From Alphaproteobacteria bacterium (GTDB lineage: Bacteria; Pseudomonadota; Alphaproteobacteria; SP197), in contig OZ219920.1 of assembly GCA_964291415.2 (NCBI GenBank), positions 1,120,001-1,184,000 of the forward strand: a stretch of 64,000 nt of DNA. The letters run 5' to 3'. The notes under the pieces were generated by a model. That model did not search any database and was not told the DNA's origin. It was given only the letters and a program-made list of their open reading frames with translations. Of the stretch, positions 45,423-55,004 are shown one piece after another; within the stretch, counting starts at the first letter, position 1, and every line of letters starts with the position of its first letter. The translations under genes were made by a program, and so were the position numbers.

Positions 45423-46242
45423 GCTCGGCATCGTCGCCGGTGGTACCGCATTGCCGGGTCTTCTGGCCCGGAGCGCCATTGAAGGAGGCCGGGAGGTTTT
45501 CATCGTTGCCCTGCAGGGACAGGCGGAACCGGATGTCGTCGAGACGTTCGACCATGCCTGGGTTCGCATGGGCGCGGCTGGCAAGACACTCGAACATCTG
45601 CGTCGCGAAGGTGTGGAGGAGATCGTTCTCGCCGGACCTGTCACGAGGCCGACACTGGGCGAGCTTGTGCCGGACGGGCGTGCCGCACGCTTTCTTGCGA
45701 CCGGCGCCTTCTCCCTGGGCGACGATGGTCTCCTGTCCGCGATCGTGCGGCTGCTCGAGAAGGAAGAAGGATTTCGAGTCGTTGGTATTCCTGACATTCT
45801 CGAGAACGTCGTCGCGCCCCCCGGTGTGCTCAGCAATCGGGGCCCCGATTCCAGGGAATCGGCAGATATCCGACGCGGCATGGCAGTCCTTGAATCCCTT
45901 GATCTCGCGGATGTTGGTCAGGCGGTCGTGGTGCAGAACGAGGTCGTTCTCGGTATCGAGGCCGCCGAGGGAACAGATGCTCTCATCGACCGGGCAGGCG
46001 AGCTTGCCCGGCCGGGCGCGGGACCTGTGCTTGTCAAGTTCTCCAAGACCGGCCAGGAGTTGCGTACGGATCAGCCGGTTACCGGTCCCGGGACCGTGAC
46101 GTCCTGCGTGAACGCGGGTTTCAGCGGCATTGCCGTCGAGACCGGCAGATCACTCATCCTCGATCTTCCGAACACCATCGCTGCCGCCAATCGCCACAAT
46201 CTCTTCATCACCTCACTGTCGCGCCACGACACAGGAACATGA
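45412..46242 (+). CDS. lpxI: UDP-2,3-diacylglucosamine pyrophosphatase LpxI
   Basis: LGIVAGG, DVGQAVVV, EAAEGTD; lies between lpxA and lpxB. Confidence 0.9.
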   Translation: MPPKLGIVAGGTALPGLLARSAIEGGREVFIVALQGQAEPDVVETFDHAWVRMGAAGKTLEHLRREGVEEIVLAGPVTRPTLGELVPDGRAARFLATGAFSLGDDGLLSAIVRLLEKEEGFRVVGIPDILENVVAPPGVLSNRGPDSRESADIRRGMAVLESLDLADVGQAVVVQNEVVLGIEAAEGTDALIDRAGELARPGAGPVLVKFSKTGQELRTDQPVTGPGTVTSCVNAGFSGIAVETGRSLILDLPNTIAAANRHNLFITSLSRHDTGT

Positions 46243-47363
46243 CGGGACCACTGGTCTATCTCGTGGCCGGTGAACCCTCCGGAGACGCATTGGGTGCCGA
46301 GCTCATGCGCGCCCTCTCCAAGGAGACCGAAGGTGCCGTCGGCTTTGCCGGTGTGGGCGGACCGGAGATGGAGGAGGAGGGGCTCGCATCGATCTATCCC
46401 ATGTCGGATCTTTCAGTCATGGGGCTCGTCGAGGTGATTCCGGGTCTTGCCAGGGTGTTGCGGCGTCTGGCGCAGACTGCACGCCATCTGCTCGCCACAC
46501 GTCCCGATGTCCTCGTCACCATTGATTCTCAGGCATTTTCGCGACGTCTGGCCGAGCGCATCAAGCCGGCACCCTTTCCGGTCGTTCACTATGTGGGACC
46601 CACGGTCTGGGCCTGGAGGCCATCGAGAATCAGGAAGGTTGCATCTGTCGTCGACCGATTGCTTCTGCTCTTTCCCTTCGAACTGTCCTGTTGGGAGGGA
46701 TCCGGCGTCGATGCGGTCTATGTCGGTCATCCCCTGGCTGACGGGAAGAACGAATGCTCGTTCCGCGCACAAGGCAGGGGACCATGCATCGTCCTTCTTC
46801 CCGGCAGCCGCAAGGGTGAAATCAGACGTCATCTGCCAATCTTCCGCGAGGTGGCAGAACGCCTGGCCCGCGACACCCCTGATGTCAGGATGGTGATTCC
46901 GACAGTCGCCCATGTCGCCGACGACGTCCGCCATGGCACGCGTTTCTGGGCCTGTCCCGTAGAGATCGTGGAACGCCCGAGCGCCGGACGCCTTCAGGCG
47001 ATGGCGGGCGCCGATGCAGCTGTCGCGGTGTCGGGTACGGTGGCGCTGGAGCTGGCATCTCTGGGTATCCCCCACATCATCGCCTACAGAGCCAATCCCC
47101 TCACGGCAGCCATCGTGCGCCGCCTTGTCACTGTCCGGCATGCCTCTCTGGTGAACATCATCGCGCAAACGGGAGTGACGCCCGAGTTTATCCAGGGCGA
47201 GTGCCGTGCCGATGCCATTCATGACGCTCTTCGGCGCATCCTCGACGACCCCCGGGAAGGCGGACTCCAGAAACGGCGCATGGCCAGTGTCATGCAGGCC
47301 CTGCGTCATCCCGATGGACCCTCATCTGCCGTTGCCGCCCGCGCCATTCTGGAACTCGTCTGA
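46239..47363 (+). CDS. lpxB: Lipid-A-disaccharide synthase
   Basis: VAGEPSGD, VWAWRP, LLPGSR, SGTVALE. Confidence 0.96.
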   Translation: MTGPLVYLVAGEPSGDALGAELMRALSKETEGAVGFAGVGGPEMEEEGLASIYPMSDLSVMGLVEVIPGLARVLRRLAQTARHLLATRPDVLVTIDSQAFSRRLAERIKPAPFPVVHYVGPTVWAWRPSRIRKVASVVDRLLLLFPFELSCWEGSGVDAVYVGHPLADGKNECSFRAQGRGPCIVLLPGSRKGEIRRHLPIFREVAERLARDTPDVRMVIPTVAHVADDVRHGTRFWACPVEIVERPSAGRLQAMAGADAAVAVSGTVALELASLGIPHIIAYRANPLTAAIVRRLVTVRHASLVNIIAQTGVTPEFIQGECRADAIHDALRRILDDPREGGLQKRRMASVMQALRHPDGPSSAVAARAILELV

Positions 47364-47686
47364 ATGAATGGGTCTGCCGACAGATCGTGACAGCGATTGC
47401 GATGCTTTCGATCAGTCATTCGGTATCGAAAGTGCATTCAACAACCTGGACTTCAGGTGTGCGGTACGCGTTACGTGGCCGGCTGTGACGGTTCCTGATG
47501 ACACGCGGTCAATGGCCACCACAATACGCAGGTCGAGGGTGACGTCGAAGTCTTCATCCATCGTGCGCTGTCGGGGCGATCATGGCACAGTCCACAAGAC
47601 CGAGGTGAGGCCCATGGAGCAACAATCGATTGCGGGAGCTATGCCTCGTCTGATATGGGCGCGCAGGCGATTGGAGCAGTGGCACC

Positions 47687-48823
47687 ATGCTCACCCATGA
47701 CACGGGAACCCTTGTCGAAAAGCTGTCCAGCCTGGCCAAGCGCGATCTCGTCGATGCCTCGACCATGCCGGGCGAGGTCTATGCCTCCCGGGAGTTCTTC
47801 GATCTCGAATTGGAGCGGATCTTTGCCAGGGAATGGCACTGCGCCGGGCGTGCCGAAAGCATCCCGCGGCCCGGTGACTACCTCACCTGGAGAATCGGTG
47901 CCCAACCCGTTGCAGTGGTGCGCCAGAAAGATGGATCGCTCAAGGCTCTCTCGAACGTCTGCCGTCATCGCATGATGAAACTTCTCTCCGGCTCCGGGCG
48001 GTGCCGGCGCATCGTCTGTCCCTACCACGCCTGGACCTACGACCTCGATGGCAGCCTGCTTGAGGCACGCCACATGGACAGGACCCGAGGCTTCGATGTT
48101 TCGGCAATCTCGTTGCCTCGGGTCCGCTGCGAGGTCTGGCAGGGATGGATCTACGTCACGCTGGATGCTGACATTCCGACCCCGGAGGAGAGGCTTGCGG
48201 GTCTCGAACGCATGATCACCGACTATCATGCGGCCGACTATGTCGAAGTCGACAGGCAGGACCATGTCTGGAAGACGAACTGGAAGCTCCTGACGGAGAA
48301 CTTCATGGAGGGCTATCACCTTCCGGTCACGCATCGACGGACGGTGGGCGCGTACTTTCCGGTAGAAGAAACACGCTTTGGTGATGATGAAGCGGCCTTC
48401 ACTTACCAATGGTTCGCCAAGACCTCCGATGCTCCGGTGGGAACGGCCCATCCGCAGAACCGCAGACTGGAAGGCAAGGCCCGTTCGACATCGGTTCTGG
48501 GCACGGTCTTTCCCTGCCACATGTTCGTTCTTGCCCCCGATCATCTGTGGTATCTGAGTCTGCAGCCCAGGAGTCCTGGTGAGATCGACGTGCGTTACGG
48601 TCTTGCGTTTGCGCCCGAAGTCATGGCTGATCAGGAGGCATATGGCACCCGGCTTGAGGAAGCGAAGGCCTTCCTTGACGCCACCAACGAGGAAGACCGT
48701 GTGGTGGTCGAAGCTCTCTGGGAAGGCGTGCAGGCCCCGCTTGCGGAACCCGGGCCACTGAGTTGGCTGGAAAAGGAAAACCTCGACTTTCTACGCTACA
48801 TCCTGAGGATGGTGACAGCCTGA
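47687..48823 (+). CDS. Rieske non-heme iron oxygenase alpha subunit (choline monooxygenase/GbcA/CntA-like group; substrate unknown)
   Basis: Rieske ligands CRH..CPYH; mononuclear iron site NWK..ENFMEGYHLPVTH and NEED. Confidence 0.88.
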   Translation: MLTHDTGTLVEKLSSLAKRDLVDASTMPGEVYASREFFDLELERIFAREWHCAGRAESIPRPGDYLTWRIGAQPVAVVRQKDGSLKALSNVCRHRMMKLLSGSGRCRRIVCPYHAWTYDLDGSLLEARHMDRTRGFDVSAISLPRVRCEVWQGWIYVTLDADIPTPEERLAGLERMITDYHAADYVEVDRQDHVWKTNWKLLTENFMEGYHLPVTHRRTVGAYFPVEETRFGDDEAAFTYQWFAKTSDAPVGTAHPQNRRLEGKARSTSVLGTVFPCHMFVLAPDHLWYLSLQPRSPGEIDVRYGLAFAPEVMADQEAYGTRLEEAKAFLDATNEEDRVVVEALWEGVQAPLAEPGPLSWLEKENLDFLRYILRMVTA

Positions 48824-48853
48824 ACACCCTGGATCGTCAACGAGTTCAACGAT

Positions 48854-49273
48854 TTACCAAGTGCCCGTGTTCGGCATGGAGGCCCATGGTTCACAGGGCT
48901 CGAGTGCGGCGCCCTTCTGCAGCAACTCGATGGAGATGCCGTCGGGCGAACGCACGAATGCCATCCTTCCGTCACGTGGAGGCCGGTTGATCGTGACCCC
49001 ATTCTCGGCCAGCCGGCTGCACATCGCGTGAATGTCGTCGACCTCATAGGCAAGGTGGCCGAAGTTGCGTCCGCCGGTGTACTCCTCGTCATCCCAGTTC
49101 CACGTCAGTTCGACCTGTGATTCGGGATTTGCTTCGGCTCCCAGAAAGACCAGCGTGAAGCGTCCGGCGCTGTTCTCGTGGCGATCGATTTCGACGAGTC
49201 CGAGTTTGCGGCAGTAGAAATCGAGCGATTCTTCGAGATCCCTGACGCGCACCATGGTGTGCAGATACTTCAT
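48854..49273 (-). CDS. gloA: Lactoylglutathione lyase (glyoxalase I)
   Basis: [36 protein letters not shown]. Confidence 0.9.
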   Translation of the reverse strand: MKYLHTMVRVRDLEESLDFYCRKLGLVEIDRHENSAGRFTLVFLGAEANPESQVELTWNWDDEEYTGGRNFGHLAYEVDDIHAMCSRLAENGVTINRPPRDGRMAFVRSPDGISIELLQKGAALEPCEPWASMPNTGTW

Positions 49274-49274
49274 T

Positions 49275-49571
49275 GGGACTTACATCGGAAAGTCACATCA
49301 CACCGTCCGATCAACAGCATTGCACTTGAGCGGGTCGATGATACGATGCCCGTGTTGCTTCGGCAACCGGCCTCGGGGACTGGGGCCGCTGCGTGGGGAG
49401 GTTGCTGGGTTGCCGGGCCTGTGAACCGCGAATATCGCAGCGTTGCACTTGAGCAATGCCAATGCATGGGCGGCCTTCGGGTCGAGTCGACCAATCGACG
49501 TTCCCGCGTTGTCCACACATGAGACCCGGCCCATCAAGCCGGGTCTCATTGTGACTTTCCGATACAATCCC
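49275..49571. mobile_element. MITE-like non-autonomous element (297 bp)
   Basis: Left end GGGACTTACATCGGAAAGTCACA versus right end reverse complement GGGATTGTATCGGAAAGTCACA (14-bp perfect core); CATT on both flanks (49271-74 and 49572-75); no transposase. Confidence 0.75.
49519..49549. terminator. Perfect 12-bp hairpin, possible terminator or processing site downstream of gltA
   Basis: ATGAGACCCGGC-ccatcaa-GCCGGGTCTCAT; no clear U-tract. Confidence 0.4.
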
Positions 49572-49604
49572 CATTTCATGCCTCTCGTCTCGCTTGCTAC
49601 AGTT

Positions 49605-50939
49605 TCAGCGGGCGTCCATGTCGATGTAGTCACGCCGCAGGCTGCCAGTGTAAATCTGACGCGGGCGTCCGATGCGCTGTGACACGTCGACGTGCATCTC
49701 GTTCCACTGCGCAATCCAGCCGACCGTCCTGGCGACGGCAAAGACGGCCGTGAAGAGATGCCTTGGAATGCCCATGGCCTTGAGGATGATCCCGGAATAG
49801 AAATCGACATTGGGATAGAGATTGCGGGAGACGAAATAGGGATCGTCGAGAGCGATCTTTTCGAGTTCCATGGCAATCTTCAGATGGGGATCCTCGCGCA
49901 CATCAAGCTCATCGAGAACCTGGTGACACGCTTCTCGCATGATCTTGGCCCGCGGGTCGTAATTCTTGTAGACGCGGTGCCCGAAACCCATGAGGCGAAT
50001 TGAATCGCCCTTGTCCTTTGCCCGATCGAGAAACTCCGGAATCCTGTCAAAGGTGCCGATATCTTCCAGCATTTGCAGCACCGCCTCGTTCGCACCGCCG
50101 TGGGCAGGTCCCCAAAGGCTGGCAATGCCCGAAGCGACACTGGCAAAGGGGTTGGCGCCCGATGAACCAGTCAGGCGAACCGTTGATGTGGAAGCATTCT
50201 GTTCATGCTCGGCATGGAGGATGAGGATGAGATCCATTGCCCGCGCCAGAACAGGATTGACCGTGTAGTTCTCGCACGGCACCGCAAACATCATGTGAAG
50301 AAGATTCTCGGCATAGCCAAGCTTGTTCATGGGATACATGAAGGGCTGGCCGATGGACCACTTATAGGCCATGGCAGCAATGGTCGGCATCTTGGCGAGA
50401 AGCCTGTAGGCCGAGATCATCCTCTGCCGTTCGCTCGCGACGTCGGAACTCTCCGCATAGAATGCCGAAAGCGCGCCGACGATACCCACCATCAGGGCCA
50501 TGGGATGCGCATCCCTGCGAAATCCGCGGAACAGGAAACTCACCTGTTCGTGCAGCATCGTGTGGTGGGTAACATCGTGACTGAACTTCTCGAAAGCCTC
50601 CCGTTCCGGCAGGTCGCCGGTCAGGATGAGGTAGCATACTTCCAGGAAATTGGATTTTTCCGCAAGCTGTTCAATGGGATAGCCGCGGTAAAGCAGTTCA
50701 CCCTTGTCACCGTCGACGTAGGTGATGGTCGATTCACAGCTCGCCGTGGCCATGTATCCGGGATCGTAGGAAAACATGCCGCTCTGCGCATGAAGCGTGC
50801 GTACGTCGATCACGTCAGGGCCCCTGGTACCGCGAAGAACCGGCAGCTTGGCGAGGCGTTCTCCCGTCTCGGGGTCAGTGACGTAGACAAACCCGTCCGT
50901 GATTGGCCCGGGCAGGGCAGGTGTTGCAAATCCCGACAT
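49605..50939 (-). CDS. gltA: Citrate synthase (type II)
   Basis: [43 protein letters not shown]. Confidence 0.98.
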   Translation of the reverse strand: MSGFATPALPGPITDGFVYVTDPETGERLAKLPVLRGTRGPDVIDVRTLHAQSGMFSYDPGYMATASCESTITYVDGDKGELLYRGYPIEQLAEKSNFLEVCYLILTGDLPEREAFEKFSHDVTHHTMLHEQVSFLFRGFRRDAHPMALMVGIVGALSAFYAESSDVASERQRMISAYRLLAKMPTIAAMAYKWSIGQPFMYPMNKLGYAENLLHMMFAVPCENYTVNPVLARAMDLILILHAEHEQNASTSTVRLTGSSGANPFASVASGIASLWGPAHGGANEAVLQMLEDIGTFDRIPEFLDRAKDKGDSIRLMGFGHRVYKNYDPRAKIMREACHQVLDELDVREDPHLKIAMELEKIALDDPYFVSRNLYPNVDFYSGIILKAMGIPRHLFTAVFAVARTVGWIAQWNEMHVDVSQRIGRPRQIYTGSLRRDYIDMDAR

Positions 50940-51012
50940 TCTTTCTTCCCTTTGTGCTCGAGCGCCTGCCCTCGGTCACGCAACTCCTCGACACTGCCCC
51001 CAGGGGCACGGT

Positions 51013-51042
51013 CTATAGCAACTGTGAGGCTGGTCCGTCAAG
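51013..51042 (-). promoter_or_regulatory. Putative sigma70 promoter for gltA
   Basis: Minus strand (C)TTGACG-N17-CTATAG. Confidence 0.6.
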
Positions 51043-51145
51043 CAAACATCGTCTGGCCATGAAGGAACATCAGTTATTTATCGCATATATTCCACTAGAT
51101 AGAGGCCACATATAACACAAGAGCGCGATGCGGTGCACTGACAGC

Positions 51146-52558
51146 TCAGGGATGCGTGATGCCCGTGACATCCCTGATCCTGGCAAGACACTCGTCGCGG
51201 CCAAGGAGTGCGAGAACATCGAAGATGGGCGGTGAAACGGTGCTGCCGGTCAGGGCAGCTCGCAGAGGCTGGGCCACCCTGCCCAAGGAAATGGATTGCT
51301 CTTCGCTGAATGCACGCACACACGTTTCAAGTGACGTCACATCCCATGACTCCAGGCGATCGAACCGTGGCAACAGGTCAGCGAGGCGCGTCACGGCATC
51401 ACCTTCGAGTGCCTTCGCCGCTTTGGGATCGATCAGCAGAGGTCGTGTATCAAAAAGAAAACCGGCACTCTTCGCCAGTTCCACCAGGGTCTTCGATCGC
51501 TCTTTGAGGACTGGCATGGCCACCGCCAGCAAGGCTGCCTCATCGTCATCAAGGTTACGTGCCAACCGGTTGGCGACATGGCGGCCGGCGAGGTGGGCGA
51601 GCGTCGTGTCGTCTGTATTCCTGAGGTAGTGCCGGTTGAGAGTGGAGAGCCTTTCGGGATCGAAACGGGCCGGGGACTTGCCGACCGCCGGAAGATCGAA
51701 CCAGCCAATCGCGTTCTGTCTTGAAATCACTTCCTCATCACCGTGGCTCCATCCCAGGCGCAGCAGGTGGTTGATGAGAGCATCGGCGAGGTAGCCCTCC
51801 TCGCGATAGTGTTCGACACCGGTTGCGCCATGACGTTTTGACAGTCGGGTTCCATCGGTGCCGTGAATCAGGGGGATGTGGGCAAAGGCCGGTGCTGTCC
51901 AACCGAGTGCCTGGTAGATCTGGCTCTGACGGGCTGCGTTGACGAGGTGCTCGTCACCTCGGATCACGTGGGTGACATCCATGTCATGATCATCGACGAC
52001 AACCGACAGCATGTATGTCGGGGTGCCGTCGGCACGCAGGAGAACCATGTCGTCAAGCTCGGCGTTGGCAATCGCCACCTCCCCCTGCACATGATCATTG
52101 ATGACCGTGTGTCCCTCGCGCGGCGCTTTCAGCCGAATTGCGGGAGCGACTCCAGGAGGGGCATCGCAAGAGTCCCTGTCGCGCCAGGTTCCGTCATAGC
52201 GCCACACGCGCCCCTCATCCTTCGCGCGCGCCCTGGAGCGCTGTAATTCTTCACTTGTCATGTAGCAGCGGTAGGCGTGGCCGGACTCAAGCAGGGCCTC
52301 GGCCATCTCCCGGTGGCGGGCCGAACGCTCGAACTGAAAAACGGGGTCCCCATCCCAGTCGATCCCAAGCCAGTCGAGGGCATCGAAGATGGCATGCACC
52401 GACTCTTCAGTCGATCGTTTGCGGTCCGTGTCCTCGATGCGCAGCCGGAATGTGCCATGCCAGTGGCGGGCGTAAAGCCAGTTGAACAATGCGGTGCGGG
52501 CGCCGCCAATGTGCAGGGTCCCCGTCGGAGACGGGGCAAATCGAGTCACAATGTTCAT
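51146..52558 (-). CDS. gltX: Glutamate--tRNA ligase
   Basis: [27 protein letters not shown] (KMSKS-type); start at MNIVTRF. Confidence 0.97.
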   Translation of the reverse strand: MNIVTRFAPSPTGTLHIGGARTALFNWLYARHWHGTFRLRIEDTDRKRSTEESVHAIFDALDWLGIDWDGDPVFQFERSARHREMAEALLESGHAYRCYMTSEELQRSRARAKDEGRVWRYDGTWRDRDSCDAPPGVAPAIRLKAPREGHTVINDHVQGEVAIANAELDDMVLLRADGTPTYMLSVVVDDHDMDVTHVIRGDEHLVNAARQSQIYQALGWTAPAFAHIPLIHGTDGTRLSKRHGATGVEHYREEGYLADALINHLLRLGWSHGDEEVISRQNAIGWFDLPAVGKSPARFDPERLSTLNRHYLRNTDDTTLAHLAGRHVANRLARNLDDDEAALLAVAMPVLKERSKTLVELAKSAGFLFDTRPLLIDPKAAKALEGDAVTRLADLLPRFDRLESWDVTSLETCVRAFSEEQSISLGRVAQPLRAALTGSTVSPPIFDVLALLGRDECLARIRDVTGITHP

Positions 52559-52565
52559 GAAGGCA

Positions 52566-53237
52566 TCAGTAGCGACGCAACAGGCCAACCAGACGACCCT
52601 GAACCCTGACGCGACCCGAATCATAGTGGTTTGTGTGGTACGCCGGATTGGATGCCTCGAGCGCGGTTGTCCTGCCTGATCGGCGCAACCGCTTGAGTGT
52701 CGCCTCGGTCTCATCGATCAAGGCGACAACGATGGCGCCGTTCTCTGCTGTTTCGGCGTGCTCGATGATGACCGTATCACCATCAAGAATACCGGCGCCA
52801 ATCATGGAGTCACCGTCGATCTCCAGGGCGTAGCACTTTCTCGCGCCGACGATGCCGGCGGGGACCTCGACATTCCCGCTCGGATCACGCAGGGCCTCGA
52901 TAGGCGTGCCGGCTGCTATCCTTCCGTGCAGCGGCAACATCACGGTGTTGTCATTGGACGCTGCCGGAGAGTCACGAAACATGGGTCCCACGTTTGCAGA
53001 CATGTCCCGCTGGCTGTGGGGCTCAGGTGGCATTTTCAGGATCTCGAGCGCCCGGGCACGATAGGGGAGGCGCCGCAGGAACCGGCGTTCTTCCAGAGCC
53101 TTGATCATGCGGTGGATCCCGGATTTCGACCTGATGCCGACCGCGTTCTTCATTTCCTCGAAGGAGGGCGAAATGCCGTCCCTGGCGAGGCGGCTGTTGA
53201 TGTAGAGCAACAGTTCCTGCTGTTTGGGTGTCAACAT
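52566..53237 (-). CDS. lexA: SOS repressor LexA
   Basis: MLTPKQ..PSFEEM HTH, IAAG cleavage site, GDSM Ser, TLK Lys; AGGGGG SD. Confidence 0.97.
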   Translation of the reverse strand: MLTPKQQELLLYINSRLARDGISPSFEEMKNAVGIRSKSGIHRMIKALEERRFLRRLPYRARALEILKMPPEPHSQRDMSANVGPMFRDSPAASNDNTVMLPLHGRIAAGTPIEALRDPSGNVEVPAGIVGARKCYALEIDGDSMIGAGILDGDTVIIEHAETAENGAIVVALIDETEATLKRLRRSGRTTALEASNPAYHTNHYDSGRVRVQGRLVGLLRRY

Positions 53238-53274
53238 GTCCGGACCCCCTTGCACGAGAGAGATGTTGCCATTT

Positions 53275-53289
53275 GTTCTAGTAAAGTTC
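53275..53289. promoter_or_regulatory. Alphaproteobacterial LexA (SOS) box
   Basis: GTTC-TAGTAAA-GTTC is an exact GTTC-N7-GTTC, 37 nt upstream of the lexA ATG and just past the moeA stop. Confidence 0.85.
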
Positions 53290-53292
53290 ACC

Positions 53293-54492
53293 TTATGTGT
53301 CAACTCTCATGATCGGCACCTGCCCGCCTGCAGGAACAGCGGGAGCGTGGGGGGCGCGAATGATGAAGCACGATGCTGACGCGAGCACCGCCACCATGGA
53401 ACTGTCCTGTCTGTCGAAGGCCGTCGCTTCGAGTTGGCCGGACGCATTCCGTGCATGAGTCGCCCTCAGGTAGTCCTGCCGCTCGTCGTTGGCCGTCAGG
53501 TCCGTTGAGGTGATCGCCGTTTCCGTGCCGGTATCGCCATCGACGCGACCGAGCATGGCGTGAATGGCCGGACGCAGGAACAGGTGTCCGCACACCAGGG
53601 TGGAGACAGGATTGCCGGGAAACCCGAGAACGGGCATGGATCCCAGGAGGCCGAAGGCCAATGGCTTGCCCGGACGCATGGCAACCTTCCAGAAATCAAG
53701 GTCCATGCCTTGTTCATCCATGACCTTGCGGACCAGGTCGTGTTCGCCCACGGACATCCCGCCGGTCACAACAAGCATGTCGCTTCCAGCCGCGTGGCGA
53801 AGACACTCCAGTATGGATTGCCTGTTGTCGCGCGCAATGCCGAGGTTGACCGCTTCGCCGCCCGCCTGGGTGACAAGCGCTCCGAGCACCAGGGAATTCG
53901 AACTGACGACCTGGTCGGGACGCGGGATATCACCTGGCCGCACAAGTTCGTCGCCGGTGCCCATGATGGCGATCCTCGGTCGTCGGGCGACCTGGACCCA
54001 GGACGCATTCATTGAAGCGATCAGGCCAATCTCGCGTGGTCCCAGAAGACGTCCAGCCAGCCCGGCTGCATCTCCTTGGGCAAAGTCAAGACCCTGCGGG
54101 CGCACAAACCGGCCTTCATGGACCGACTCCTGGACAGTCACCCTCGATCCGTCACGCACGGTGTTCTCCTGGATCACCACACTGTCGGCTCCGGCCGGCA
54201 ACACACCGCCGGTGAAGATCCGCACCGCCTCACCGGGCCCGATGGTTCCGGTCAGGGCGTGGCCCGCCGGAGCCTCGCCAACGATGTCGAGAGTGGTCGG
54301 GACGGTGGAGACATCGACGGCCCGCACCGCATAGCCATCCATGGACGAGACCGCGGCAGGAGGTTTGGTGACAGCGGATACGACATCAACGGCCAGAACC
54401 CGGCCGGCAGACTGTGACAGCGTCACTTCCTCGAAAGGGACTCTCGCCAGGTTCCGCCGAATGCGCGCACCGGCTTCGTCAACGCTGATCAT
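53293..54492 (-). CDS. moeA: Molybdopterin molybdenumtransferase
   Basis: [31 protein letters not shown]. Confidence 0.96.
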   Translation of the reverse strand: MISVDEAGARIRRNLARVPFEEVTLSQSAGRVLAVDVVSAVTKPPAAVSSMDGYAVRAVDVSTVPTTLDIVGEAPAGHALTGTIGPGEAVRIFTGGVLPAGADSVVIQENTVRDGSRVTVQESVHEGRFVRPQGLDFAQGDAAGLAGRLLGPREIGLIASMNASWVQVARRPRIAIMGTGDELVRPGDIPRPDQVVSSNSLVLGALVTQAGGEAVNLGIARDNRQSILECLRHAAGSDMLVVTGGMSVGEHDLVRKVMDEQGMDLDFWKVAMRPGKPLAFGLLGSMPVLGFPGNPVSTLVCGHLFLRPAIHAMLGRVDGDTGTETAITSTDLTANDERQDYLRATHARNASGQLEATAFDRQDSSMVAVLASASCFIIRAPHAPAVPAGGQVPIMRVDT

Positions 54493-54964
54493 GGCGCCAA
54501 TCGCCGGAACGTCCGCCCGATTTCTCGACGAGGTGGATGCCGTCGATCGCCATATGCCGATCAACCGCCTTCAGCATGTCATAGACAGTCAATGCCGCCA
54601 CCGAAACAGCGGTCAGAGCTTCCATCTCCACTCCGGTTCTGCCCGTCACCCTGCATGTGGCGACGATGGTGACGGCGGAACGTTCCGTGTCGGGTTCAAG
54701 CACGACGCTTGCCGAGGTCAACCCCAGGGGATGGCACAGCGGAATGATCTCCGAAGTCTTCTTGGCCGCCATGATGCCGGCGATACGGGCCACTGCGAGT
54801 ACGTCTCCCTTTGGTGCATCACCAGCCACAACGAGATCGAGTGTGCGCCGATCCATTGTCACGCGGCCTCGGGCGCTCGCCACCCTCTCGGTCACTGCCT
54901 TGGCCGAGACATCAACCATGCGCGCCTTTCCGCTGGTATCGAGATGGGTCAGTGAATCTTTCAT
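54479..54964 (-). CDS. moaC: Cyclic pyranopterin monophosphate synthase
   Basis: [30 protein letters not shown]. Confidence 0.96.
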   Translation of the reverse strand: MKDSLTHLDTSGKARMVDVSAKAVTERVASARGRVTMDRRTLDLVVAGDAPKGDVLAVARIAGIMAAKKTSEIIPLCHPLGLTSASVVLEPDTERSAVTIVATCRVTGRTGVEMEALTAVSVAALTVYDMLKAVDRHMAIDGIHLVEKSGGRSGDWRHDQR

Positions 54965-55004
54965 CGCATGGTTTCCCTGGACCAAAGCAGCCATGTGGAA
55001 GATG

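Noticed and set aside
47368-47700. 110-aa ORF between lpxB and the Rieske gene
   Set aside because: No motif or SD and atypical composition; the region is better explained as non-coding, although translation cannot be fully excluded
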